A stretch of DNA of 64,000 nt, from NCBI GenBank assembly GCA_049274895.1, contig JBASTM010000022.1, forward strand, positions 2,424 through 66,423. The letters run 5' to 3'. The DNA is from Minisyncoccia bacterium (GTDB taxonomy: Bacteria > Patescibacteriota > Minisyncoccia > JACQLN01). Shown here one piece after another: positions 1 to 9,108 of this stretch. The notes beneath the pieces are model-generated. The model had not been told where the DNA came from. It saw only the letters and a list, made by a program, of their open reading frames with translations, and did no database searches. Numbering within the stretch: position 1 is the stretch's first letter; each line of letters starts with the position of its first letter. The position numbers were made by a program, and so were the translations under genes.

Positions 1-1
1 G

Positions 2-616
2 GCAATAATCAACAAAAAAGTTTGGCGGGAATATTTTGAAAAAATTATCTCGGGCAAGAAAAAACTGGAATTGCGTCTTGCTGATTTTGAAGTAAACGAA
101 GGCGATACTTTGGTTTTAGAAGAATGGGATAAAAACAAAAAGGAATACACCGGAAGAAAAGTTGAAGTTGTCGCCACCTATATTCTTAAAACCAAAGGCC
201 AAACTTTTTGGCCGCCGGAGGATGTTGAGAAATTTGACTTCCAAATAATTCAGTTTGAAATGAAATCGCGCCCCGGCTTCTATTTAGGCACGATTGTTGA
301 GGAATCTTTGGAGGATAGCCGTGTTCTCAACGACTTTCATATTTTGAATGTTCGTATCACAAACAATAATAATCCTGCGGAGCGTTGGCATTTGCACAAA
401 GTGGAGGCGACACTGGAACAGTTGCAAAAGCTATCATCTGTTTTGAAGCCAGAAAGGTGGTACGCTCATTTTTGGAGCGGAGATGAAATGATTGTTGCCT
501 TCCGAGATAAAACTTTTATACAGAAAGTCAGCAACCGGAGTACTTGGGAGCCAGCGATACAATATGGACTTTCTGTAGGTATCCCTGAAGAACAGCTTGA
601 TTTTTTAACTGAATAG
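2..616 (+). CDS. hypothetical protein, 5'-partial; N-terminal ASCH/DUF3850-like segment
   Basis: The ORF is open from the window edge (frame 2). The N-terminus reads ...WREYFEKIISGKKKLELRLADFEVNEGDTLVLEEWD, resembling the DUF3850/ASCH pattern. The C-terminal 100 aa are unassigned. Confidence 0.5.
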   Translation, partial: AIINKKVWREYFEKIISGKKKLELRLADFEVNEGDTLVLEEWDKNKKEYTGRKVEVVATYILKTKGQTFWPPEDVEKFDFQIIQFEMKSRPGFYLGTIVEESLEDSRVLNDFHILNVRITNNNNPAERWHLHKVEATLEQLQKLSSVLKPERWYAHFWSGDEMIVAFRDKTFIQKVSNRSTWEPAIQYGLSVGIPEEQLDFLTE

Positions 617-958
617 CCGCCGGATTTTTTCGCCGAAATGCCGGAAGCGAGGGCGCGGCGGAAGTGTTTGTGTGAGAGATTCCATCGCGCCAGAACGTCC
701 CGCCGGAGCGAAGCGGGGGCGGTCAGTTTTCCGGATTGGTTTGGTAAAAAGTTCGGATTTCATTCAGGAGGGACAGCCCTTCGTCGCTACCGCTCCTCAG
801 GGCCTACGGCCTCATTTAATAATGAGCGAAGAAGGCTCCGAGGAATTCAATAATTCCGAGGAGTTCTATCTTTAGTTTTCACTTCGTTTTTCAGAGTCTT
901 CAACCTTTAATATAAAAGGTGACAAAGACACCGAGTCAAGCGAGGTGATACAAAATAG

Positions 959-1348
959 TTAAACAGACTTGGTAAAGAAGACAACTGATATGGCGGCGGT
1001 GATGATAAAGAAGGCGAGTAGGGTATAGACAAGCAGGCGGACGGCCTCTTTCTTTTGGCCGTCTAAACACCATAAAATCGGGCGGGCGAAGATGAGCGAG
1101 CCCACCACCGAGGCGGAAAAAACCAAAAGAGAAAGCATTAAAATCGGCGCGAAAACCGTGTCGGTTTTATCAAAATTGAAAGTCCTGGGAACATAAAACA
1201 AAAACGAAGAAATTAAAACTATGTAGAGCATCGTCAGCAAAGCATGGCCGACGGCGTATTTGGTTATTTTAGTGTTCATATGCCAATTATAACCGTAAAG
1301 ACGGTAATTTGTTTTGCGTTTCTGCGACTTTGGCGTATGATATATCAT
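959..1348 (-). CDS. small integral membrane protein (hypothetical)
   Basis: Three or four hydrophobic helices. The longer ORF reaching 1444 would overlap the divergent ArsR-like gene, so the start at the MIYHTPK methionine was chosen. Confidence 0.45.
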   Translation of the reverse strand: MIYHTPKSQKRKTNYRLYGYNWHMNTKITKYAVGHALLTMLYIVLISSFLFYVPRTFNFDKTDTVFAPILMLSLLVFSASVVGSLIFARPILWCLDGQKKEAVRLLVYTLLAFFIITAAISVVFFTKSV

Positions 1349-1405
1349 AAAAACAACATCCTTACAAACCCGAGAATATAGGTATGTTGTATCTAAAATA
1401 ATAAA

Positions 1406-1690
1406 ATGGGAAAAGTGAAAACAGCGAAACAAATGGAGAGGCACCTAAAAGGTATATCAAACCACTACCGTATTGAGATACTGCTTCTGATCGCAAGAAG
1501 CGAAGGCATAACTCTTGACGGTATCGTCGAGGCGCTTGATGCAAATGAGAAAACTTTGGGTGAGCACACGCGACGCCTTTTTCAAGCGGGGTTGGTTAAT
1601 AAAAAATACCGCGGTAAGTTTGTGGAGCATACTTTGTCGCCTTACGGCAAAATATTCGTCAATTTTCTTAAATCATTTCAACGCACATAA
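1406..1690 (+). CDS. ArsR/SmtB-family winged-helix transcriptional regulator
   Basis: A 94-aa protein with the HTH segment ISNHYRIEILLLIARSEGITLDGIVEAL, typical of ArsR-like regulators. Confidence 0.6.
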   Translation: MGKVKTAKQMERHLKGISNHYRIEILLLIARSEGITLDGIVEALDANEKTLGEHTRRLFQAGLVNKKYRGKFVEHTLSPYGKIFVNFLKSFQRT

Positions 1691-1889
1691 TAAACATACT
1701 GACAAACTTAAGAATGTAAGGGTGATGTGGTTTAGAAACGGCTAAATTATAGTCAACTATGCCGAAAGAAGAACCGACGAGCCAATGACGGCTTCGCCGT
1801 CGGTAGGTGTTTCCAAATATCTCAAAGTTGAAAGCGGACTGCTGCTTTCCGTTGAATGATACTGGGATCCCGGGGACTGAAAAACCATA

Positions 1890-1921
1890 ATGGCCTAGTA
1901 GGAAACGAACGGCCATTTTTT
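1890..1921 (+). terminator. rho-independent terminator
   Basis: ATGGCC-N15-GGCCAT hairpin followed by TTTTTTAT. Confidence 0.6.
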
Positions 1922-1986
1922 ATATAATAAAGAGCCCTTAACGACCGCTGGATGCGGTGGGCTCCGTACGGGGACTCGCGTCCCAA

Positions 1987-4371
1987 CTACTTACTTTTTC
2001 TCAATTCCGCACCCCATTTATCGGCCAGATCAGCTAGACTGACCGGACCGGCCAGTTTTAGGGGAACAACTGGCTGTGAAAGAACAACTGGCCGCGACGA
2101 GTCCTCGGGCTTTTCCTCATCACCCGAAAGAGAGTTGAAAACCTGGAACATCGGCATCGCGTTTTTATCGCCGGTATCGTTGCTCCAAGAATATCGCTCA
2201 CTTATCGCGCAGTAGTAAACTGCTCCGGTATTGATCCCATACCACTCGGTTGATCTATACGATACTTCTCCAACCTTCGCGATATAGCTATCAAGGAAGG
2301 AAAGAGAACTATCAACCTTAGTAAAGACAAGCCGGATCCAGCCCCGCTCCTTGGCTTCCTCTATTTTTCTTTCTTGGATTCCCCGGGCCTCGGGTAGGGA
2401 AACTTCCGTTTCGGCAAAGCCGATTAGATTTCCCTGAAAGAAAACTTCTTTCTTAGCTAAGGCACCCTGATGATCGGGCAGGACGGCCACAATCTCCGTC
2501 TCCTTGCCGAACTTGGCGAGATGGGGAACTAATTCGGGAAGCCATCCTAATTCCACCTTGCTGCAGCCCCGGGCGAACACCCGGCTTGTCTGGACTATCT
2601 CCGCGGCGACGAAGAATTCCGAACCAAGCCGGCTGAATAGCGCCGAGCCCGGGTGAATGTAGACGTCGGAACACGACGTTCTGACGACTCCGTTATACGA
2701 GTTTCGGCTGGAATGGCGGAACAGATTGTATACCAGCCCCGCCGCCACCGATTTCATGATTTCGTCTTCGGAACCGTTCTCCGAAATCTCCATGCCGTTT
2801 TTTTCCAGCATTTGTACGATTTGATCCCGGATCTTCCCGACTTCCTGGAGCGACTTCCCGTTAAGGAAGTTTTGGTAGCACCAGGCCGCCGAGAAACCCG
2901 AATCTTCGTACGCCTGCCAGACTTTGAGAAAGGTAAGTAAATCGGATCGCTTGTTTTTGAACTGTTCATGAGCAGCGTCCGCTTCCCATTCTTTTTCCCT
3001 CGGCCGCGAAAAAATACTCCGGACCGAAAGGAACGCGGCGATGGTGGCCGACGCACTCACGCAGAAGTGCTTTTCGGCCTCCAGCACCATCCGCGCGACG
3101 CGGGGCTCCAAAGGCAGGCGGGCCATGGATTTGCCAACGGCCGTGAGACCCTTCTTGCCCCGCTGGATTGCTCCGAGAGCGATCAGGGTTTCGTAGGCCT
3201 CATGGAAGGCCTCCTTTTCGGGAGGATCCACAAAGTCAAAACTCTCAATGTCGGCCAGGCCGATGTCTTCCATCGCCAGCACCACGCTTGCGAGGCCTAC
3301 CCGGCGGATCTCGGGTTCGGTGAATCGCGGCCTAGCGAGATTGAAATCCGCTTGAGTGTACATCCGGTAGCAGATTCCCGGGCGGGTTCGGCCCGCCCGT
3401 CCGGCGCGCTGATCGCAACCGGCCTGCGAGTGCTTGACCACGTCCAGACTTTGGATGCCGCTTTCCGGATGGAAACTCATCTGTTTGATGAGCCCGCTAT
3501 CCACCACGTATACCACGCCGTCCACCGTGATGGAGGTTTCGGCGATATTTGTCGCCACCACGACTTTGCGGCGGTTAGGGTAGTTTTCGAAAATCCTGTG
3601 CTGTTCCTCCGAAGAAATGTTGCCGTAGATCGGCAGAACAACCAGATCGGCGAGCCGGTATTCTTCTAAACCTTTTACGATTTTGTTGATATCGGCCTCA
3701 CCGGTCATAAAGACGAGAACGTCGCCCTCGCCGGCTGTTCGGTGGAGGATTTCCACTTTGCGAATGACATGCTCAACCATATCGTTCTCGTAGATTTCAT
3801 AATCCGACCATACCACTTCCACCGGAAACGTGCGGCCCGAAACGTTCACGACCGGCGCGTTCCAGAAGTAACCCGAAAACTTGTCGTGGTCAATGGTCGC
3901 CGAAGCAACCACCACCTTGAGATCTTGGCGACGCTTGAGAGCATCCTTGAGAAGGCCGAGAACAAAGTCTATGTTTTGACTCCGCTCGTGGGCCTCGTCC
4001 ACCATGATCACCGAGTATTGGTTGAGATCGGGATCAAGTTGGAGCTCCCGCAGAAGAATGCCGTCGGTCATGAACTTGATGAGGGTGTCATCGGCTGTGG
4101 TGTCGTCAAAACGAATCTGATAACCAACCTCCGAGCCCAGCTTTTTTCCAAACTGTTGGGCCACGAATTCGGCTACGGAGACCGCGGCGATGCGCCGTGG
4201 TTCGGTGATGCCGATCTTCTTGCCGTTGGCGAAACCGGCGGCAAGCATCAACGGCAACTGGGTGGTTTTACCCGACCCGGTTTCTCCGACCACAATCACC
4301 ACTTGATTGTTTTGGAGGGCCTCAATGATCTCTTTCCTTTTTGCCCAAATGGGCAGATCCATAAGATCCAT
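1987..4371 (-). CDS. hrpB: ATP-dependent DEAH-box helicase, HrpB/HrpA family
   Basis: GETGSGKTTQLP Walker A, DEAHER motif, helicase C region and HA2-like tail. The ~794 aa length fits HrpB. Confidence 0.85.
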   Translation of the reverse strand: MDLMDLPIWAKRKEIIEALQNNQVVIVVGETGSGKTTQLPLMLAAGFANGKKIGITEPRRIAAVSVAEFVAQQFGKKLGSEVGYQIRFDDTTADDTLIKFMTDGILLRELQLDPDLNQYSVIMVDEAHERSQNIDFVLGLLKDALKRRQDLKVVVASATIDHDKFSGYFWNAPVVNVSGRTFPVEVVWSDYEIYENDMVEHVIRKVEILHRTAGEGDVLVFMTGEADINKIVKGLEEYRLADLVVLPIYGNISSEEQHRIFENYPNRRKVVVATNIAETSITVDGVVYVVDSGLIKQMSFHPESGIQSLDVVKHSQAGCDQRAGRAGRTRPGICYRMYTQADFNLARPRFTEPEIRRVGLASVVLAMEDIGLADIESFDFVDPPEKEAFHEAYETLIALGAIQRGKKGLTAVGKSMARLPLEPRVARMVLEAEKHFCVSASATIAAFLSVRSIFSRPREKEWEADAAHEQFKNKRSDLLTFLKVWQAYEDSGFSAAWCYQNFLNGKSLQEVGKIRDQIVQMLEKNGMEISENGSEDEIMKSVAAGLVYNLFRHSSRNSYNGVVRTSCSDVYIHPGSALFSRLGSEFFVAAEIVQTSRVFARGCSKVELGWLPELVPHLAKFGKETEIVAVLPDHQGALAKKEVFFQGNLIGFAETEVSLPEARGIQERKIEEAKERGWIRLVFTKVDSSLSFLDSYIAKVGEVSYRSTEWYGINTGAVYYCAISERYSWSNDTGDKNAMPMFQVFNSLSGDEEKPEDSSRPVVLSQPVVPLKLAGPVSLADLADKWGAELRKSK

Positions 4372-4574
4372 CAGATTCTCCCACGAGCGGACATAAGATC
4401 ACCTTATCCACTCGCGCGCACTGCGTGCGCTTCCTCAACGCCAAGAGGCGAGGAGGCATGTGGGGCAAGGCCGCCCGCGGCTTAGTGGATAAGTGAGGTA
4501 AAAAACTTAGTTTGTTGTCAACGAACTGCTAAATGTATACTATCATAGTATAAACTGTTGTGTCAATATGCCAG

Positions 4575-4603
4575 TTGACACGGCAATATCTTTGATATAT
4601 AAT
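4575..4603 (+). promoter_or_regulatory. sigma70-type promoter (TTGACA-17-TATAAT) upstream of the DEAD-box helicase
   Basis: Exact consensus -35 TTGACA (4575-4580), 17-nt spacer, exact -10 TATAAT (4598-4603). Leaves a ~135-nt leader. Confidence 0.6.
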
Positions 4604-4742
4604 GGATAAATAGTCTAAATCTCATAGGTTTTTGGCGTTTTGAGGGCATTAACCTCCATTTCGGGGGTTATCACCTAAAAATATAAGCTTTAAGGGCTTT
4701 TGTCTGGAAACTCGTGAGCAGGGATAAAACCCTTAAAGTTAT

Positions 4743-5942
<1,200 letters not shown>

Positions 5943-5969
5943 AAAGAGAAATAAAAACATCATTCCGAA

Positions 5970-5992
5970 CTGCCTGCCTGCCGGCAGGCAGG
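5970..5992. repeat. GC-rich palindrome CTGCCTGCCTGCCGGCAGGCAGG (copy 1 of 3)
   Basis: Perfect inverted repeat. Related copies at 43164-43200 and 47608-47630. Confidence 0.7.
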
Positions 5993-6031
5993 CCCCATGG
6001 AGAAGACGGCATCTACAATAGAGAGGCCTCC

Positions 6032-7027
6032 ATGCAGGCAGTGAGGAGTGATGTTTTTAGAATCATGTTAATAGACGACGTAAAAATAAAAATAAAAGCC
6101 GGGGACGGCGGCCGGGGCGCCGTCGCTTTTAATAAAAACTTAATGAGCTTGGGGCCGGTGGGCGGCGACGGCGGCGACGGCGGCAGTATTTATTTTGAAG
6201 GCGTTTCCAACTTAAACGCCTTGGCCCAATTCAGATACAAAAAAGACATAAAAGTAAAAAACGGCGAAAACGGCAAGCCGCAATTCAACGACGGCGCCGA
6301 CACCGAGGATTTGGTTTTGAAAGTTCCGGTGGGCACGGTTATAAAAAATCTGGACACCAAAGAAACGCGCGAGATCACCAAGATAGGCGAGCGGATATTG
6401 GCCGCGCGGGGCGGACAGGGCGGCAAAGGCAATTTTAAGTTTAGATCTTCGTTAAACACCACGCCGACCCAGTTTCAACACGGCCGCGCGGGCGAATCTT
6501 TCAGAATACGGCTGGAACTTAAGCTTATAGCCGACGTGGGTTTTATCGGGCTGCCTAACGCCGGAAAGTCCAGTCTATTAAACGAGCTGACGCGCGCCCA
6601 AAGCAAGGTAGCCAATTACCCCTTCACCACGTTGGAACCGAACCTGGGGGCGTATTACGAGCTTATTTTAGCCGATATCCCTGGTATAATTGAGGGCGCT
6701 TCGGCCGGCCGGGGATTGGGCCTAAAGTTTTTACGCCACGTGGAGCGCACCAAGATTTTGTTCCACTTGATTTCGGCCGAATCGGAAAATCCGGCCCGGG
6801 ATTACAAAATCATCAGAAACGAACTTAAAACTTACGGCGCGGGCCTGATTAAAAAACAGGAATACCTCTTTTTAACCAAAAACGATCTCGCTACTTCGGC
6901 GGAGTTAAAAAAGAAACTGGCCGTCCTAAAAAAGATAAACAAGAACGCCTCGACTGTTTCCATCCACGACTGGGACAGCTTAGAAAAAGTAAAAAAGATT
7001 CTAAATAGGATTCAAGAAAAGAAATAA
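6032..7027 (+). CDS. obg: GTPase Obg/CgtA
   Basis: Obg fold glycine repeats (GDGGRGAVAF, GGDGGDGG), G-domain GLPNAGKSSLL, PFTTLEPNLG, DIPGIIEGA. The likely true start is MLIDDVKIKIKAGDGG at 6065. Confidence 0.9.
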   Translation: MQAVRSDVFRIMLIDDVKIKIKAGDGGRGAVAFNKNLMSLGPVGGDGGDGGSIYFEGVSNLNALAQFRYKKDIKVKNGENGKPQFNDGADTEDLVLKVPVGTVIKNLDTKETREITKIGERILAARGGQGGKGNFKFRSSLNTTPTQFQHGRAGESFRIRLELKLIADVGFIGLPNAGKSSLLNELTRAQSKVANYPFTTLEPNLGAYYELILADIPGIIEGASAGRGLGLKFLRHVERTKILFHLISAESENPARDYKIIRNELKTYGAGLIKKQEYLFLTKNDLATSAELKKKLAVLKKINKNASTVSIHDWDSLEKVKKILNRIQEKK

Positions 7028-7030
7028 AAA

Positions 7031-7055
7031 AGAGACTGCCGAAGCAGTCTCTTTT
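7031..7055. terminator. bidirectional rho-independent terminator between obg and the island
   Basis: AAAAAGAGACTGC-CGAA-GCAGTCTCTTTT, a perfect 9-bp stem flanked by A-run and T-run. Confidence 0.75.
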
Positions 7056-7092
7056 GAATTGTCTCCTTTATGATTGGAGGAAGTTGAAAGAA

Positions 7093-7893
7093 CTAGTTGC
7101 CGAATCCGCCGGCGGCCGCCTGGCTGAAGCTGACCCCTCCTTGGCTGGCCCGCACCGCGGACTGGCTGAAGACGTTGAACGCCCGTCGAAGCTCCGAAGG
7201 CGAGTTGCCCGGCGTGAGGATCCAGCGATCCTCAATACCCATCTCCTGGAACACTTTCCGGAAATCGGTGCGCCCGCCGTCGTCGATGCCCATACCGGCA
7301 ATGATGTGGTTCTCGGTGCGGAGCATGTCGCGAACCAACGCCTGAACACTCGAGGGATTCTGGCGTCTCGAGTGCTCATCGGCGCCATCCGTGATGATGA
7401 GGGTCACCGTCCGGCACGGCACGCCGTTGTCCTCGAAGGACTGGGCCTTGGCGAGCACGGTGCCCAACAGCACGACCGACTGGTCGTAGAGCGGTGTTCC
7501 TTGGTCGGGATCATAGTTGTGAGCATCCATCCGCACCGCCTGATCGAGGGGCACGAAGGGATACAGCACGAACCCGTTCAGATACCGGCAGTGGGCGAGA
7601 ATGCCCTCCTTCTGCTTGGAACCGCCGAGCGCGTCGAGGACGGTGTTGTGGCCATCCCTGACATTCTGGGCGTTGCCGGCGAACCTGATGGAACCCGAAT
7701 CGTCGGGCATCATGGTGACCAGTGTGACTTCGCTGGCTTGGACATCGTCGACGTCGATGCCGATTCCCATCTGGATCTGCTCGCCGATGTCGTTGATGTT
7801 GATGAGGCCCGCCGTCTGGGACGACAGCGTTCCCTCGTTCTGAGCGTGGCTCAGCAACGCGGCCACGCTCTGGTTGGTACCAGACTTGCTCAT
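7093..7893 (-). CDS. von Willebrand factor A (vWA) domain protein with MIDAS motif, TerY-like
   Basis: MIDAS DxSxS (MPDDSGS) and downstream ITDG. AAGGAG RBS 8 nt upstream. Last gene of a GC-rich four-gene minus-strand operon. Confidence 0.7.
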   Translation of the reverse strand: MSKSGTNQSVAALLSHAQNEGTLSSQTAGLININDIGEQIQMGIGIDVDDVQASEVTLVTMMPDDSGSIRFAGNAQNVRDGHNTVLDALGGSKQKEGILAHCRYLNGFVLYPFVPLDQAVRMDAHNYDPDQGTPLYDQSVVLLGTVLAKAQSFEDNGVPCRTVTLIITDGADEHSRRQNPSSVQALVRDMLRTENHIIAGMGIDDGGRTDFRKVFQEMGIEDRWILTPGNSPSELRRAFNVFSQSAVRASQGGVSFSQAAAGGFGN

Positions 7894-7941
7894 GATATGA
7901 ACTCCTTCTGGGTTGAGAGTTGGAACTTGGAACCGTGAGGT

Positions 7942-9024
7942 CTAGGCGGCGACAGGTATACCCGGCCAGGACTCAATCGAATCGGTGGACTTAACCACGT
8001 TCATACCGGCATCGGCGTAACGCCAGAGAGCTTCCTCGGCCTGCGGCGTGAAATCGGCGAAGAAGCCGCCGCTCGGGTTGGGAACGGCCACAGCCGAGGT
8101 GCAGTCCTCCAGCACATACACCTTCTTGGCCAAGGCAGAATCCTGTACAAGGATCTCGGCCAAGAAATGATCGATGGACGACTTGACGCAGTGGCTCGCG
8201 GCCTGACCCGCGATGACCACGGCGTCGGCATCCATCAACACCTTGATGAACCGGGTGTTCTTGGACGCCAGAACTTGACCATCGAAACGGAGGAGAACTT
8301 CCGGGCTGAAGATGGAGTAGTTCTCCGTGAGCGGATTGCCGCCCTTCACTTCGGCCTCGGATTGCATCTGCCGGACATATGCATGAAACATCCGGGCTTC
8401 CTGGACGACGCCGACCAGCGTGTGACCGTCGGAACCGAGCATGCAATGCTCGGGCCAGATGTAGAGCTGGTAGCGCCCGCCTTCCGCGAGCTTCTTGCAG
8501 TAGAACTGCGCCTGCTTCCGGAGCCAGCCGTAGTTGCCGTTGCAGAGAAATCCGGCGACCGCCGGGTTCGGCGCTGCTTGGCCGGCCGGCTGGCCCAGGC
8601 GGAGAATCGTGAGATCCTCCGCGAGCATATCGTGGGGCTGGAGGGGGTTGTCATCCTCATCAACCCAAAACGAGGGAAAGAAGATCTGGAACGGGAAGTG
8701 CGTGTCCATGGTCGGGGTGATGTGCGTCAGAACGCCGAGGTTGCGGTAGATGAACTCCGCGGTTCGGCGGCTGTCGTCGATTGCTCCCGTTCCGCTGCGC
8801 CCGCCGACGTAGAGCGTGCCTTCGGGGAAGCAGAAGTCCTTCTGCTCGTCGATGAGCAGGAGGTGAATCTTGAAACGATCGCTCGACGCGGCCTTGATGC
8901 TGAACTGCCGCCGGTAATCCTGCGCCGAGGTGAACAAGGCGCGGAGGTTGGGCGAGTAGCTCCACTTCGTGGCATTGCCGGGATCGTAGAAGCTGGGTGA
9001 CTGCGAATTGCGAGCGCGGGCCAT
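7942..9024 (-). CDS. pncA: nicotinamidase / isochorismatase-family cysteine hydrolase (PncA-like, extended form)
   Basis: LLLIDEQKDFC (Asp), WPEHCMLGSDGH (metal-binding His) and VVIAGQAASHCVKSS (Cys nucleophile) align with PncA motifs. N-terminal and internal extensions make it 360 aa. AAAGGAG RBS upstream. Confidence 0.75.
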   Translation of the reverse strand: MARARNSQSPSFYDPGNATKWSYSPNLRALFTSAQDYRRQFSIKAASSDRFKIHLLLIDEQKDFCFPEGTLYVGGRSGTGAIDDSRRTAEFIYRNLGVLTHITPTMDTHFPFQIFFPSFWVDEDDNPLQPHDMLAEDLTILRLGQPAGQAAPNPAVAGFLCNGNYGWLRKQAQFYCKKLAEGGRYQLYIWPEHCMLGSDGHTLVGVVQEARMFHAYVRQMQSEAEVKGGNPLTENYSIFSPEVLLRFDGQVLASKNTRFIKVLMDADAVVIAGQAASHCVKSSIDHFLAEILVQDSALAKKVYVLEDCTSAVAVPNPSGGFFADFTPQAEEALWRYADAGMNVVKSTDSIESWPGIPVAA

Positions 9025-9108
9025 TGCTGGCTCCTTTCGGTGATGAACTGATAAACTGCGGCGTTATTCTAAATCAGCCGGGACGATCCCGGCATGTTCA
9101 CTTCTTAA

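Noticed and set aside
2968-4485. Plus-strand ORFs 2968-3669 and 3742-4485 inside the HrpB-like helicase gene
   Set aside because: They are antisense to a gene with unambiguous DEAH helicase motifs. No RBS or domain support.
7054-7938. Long plus-strand ORFs antisense to the island genes (7054-7938, 8167-9000, plus many 60-110 aa ORFs at 8000-9000)
   Set aside because: Arg/Val/Gly/His-rich translations typical of antisense frames in GC-rich DNA. The opposite strand carries clear vWA (MIDAS) and nicotinamidase motifs.
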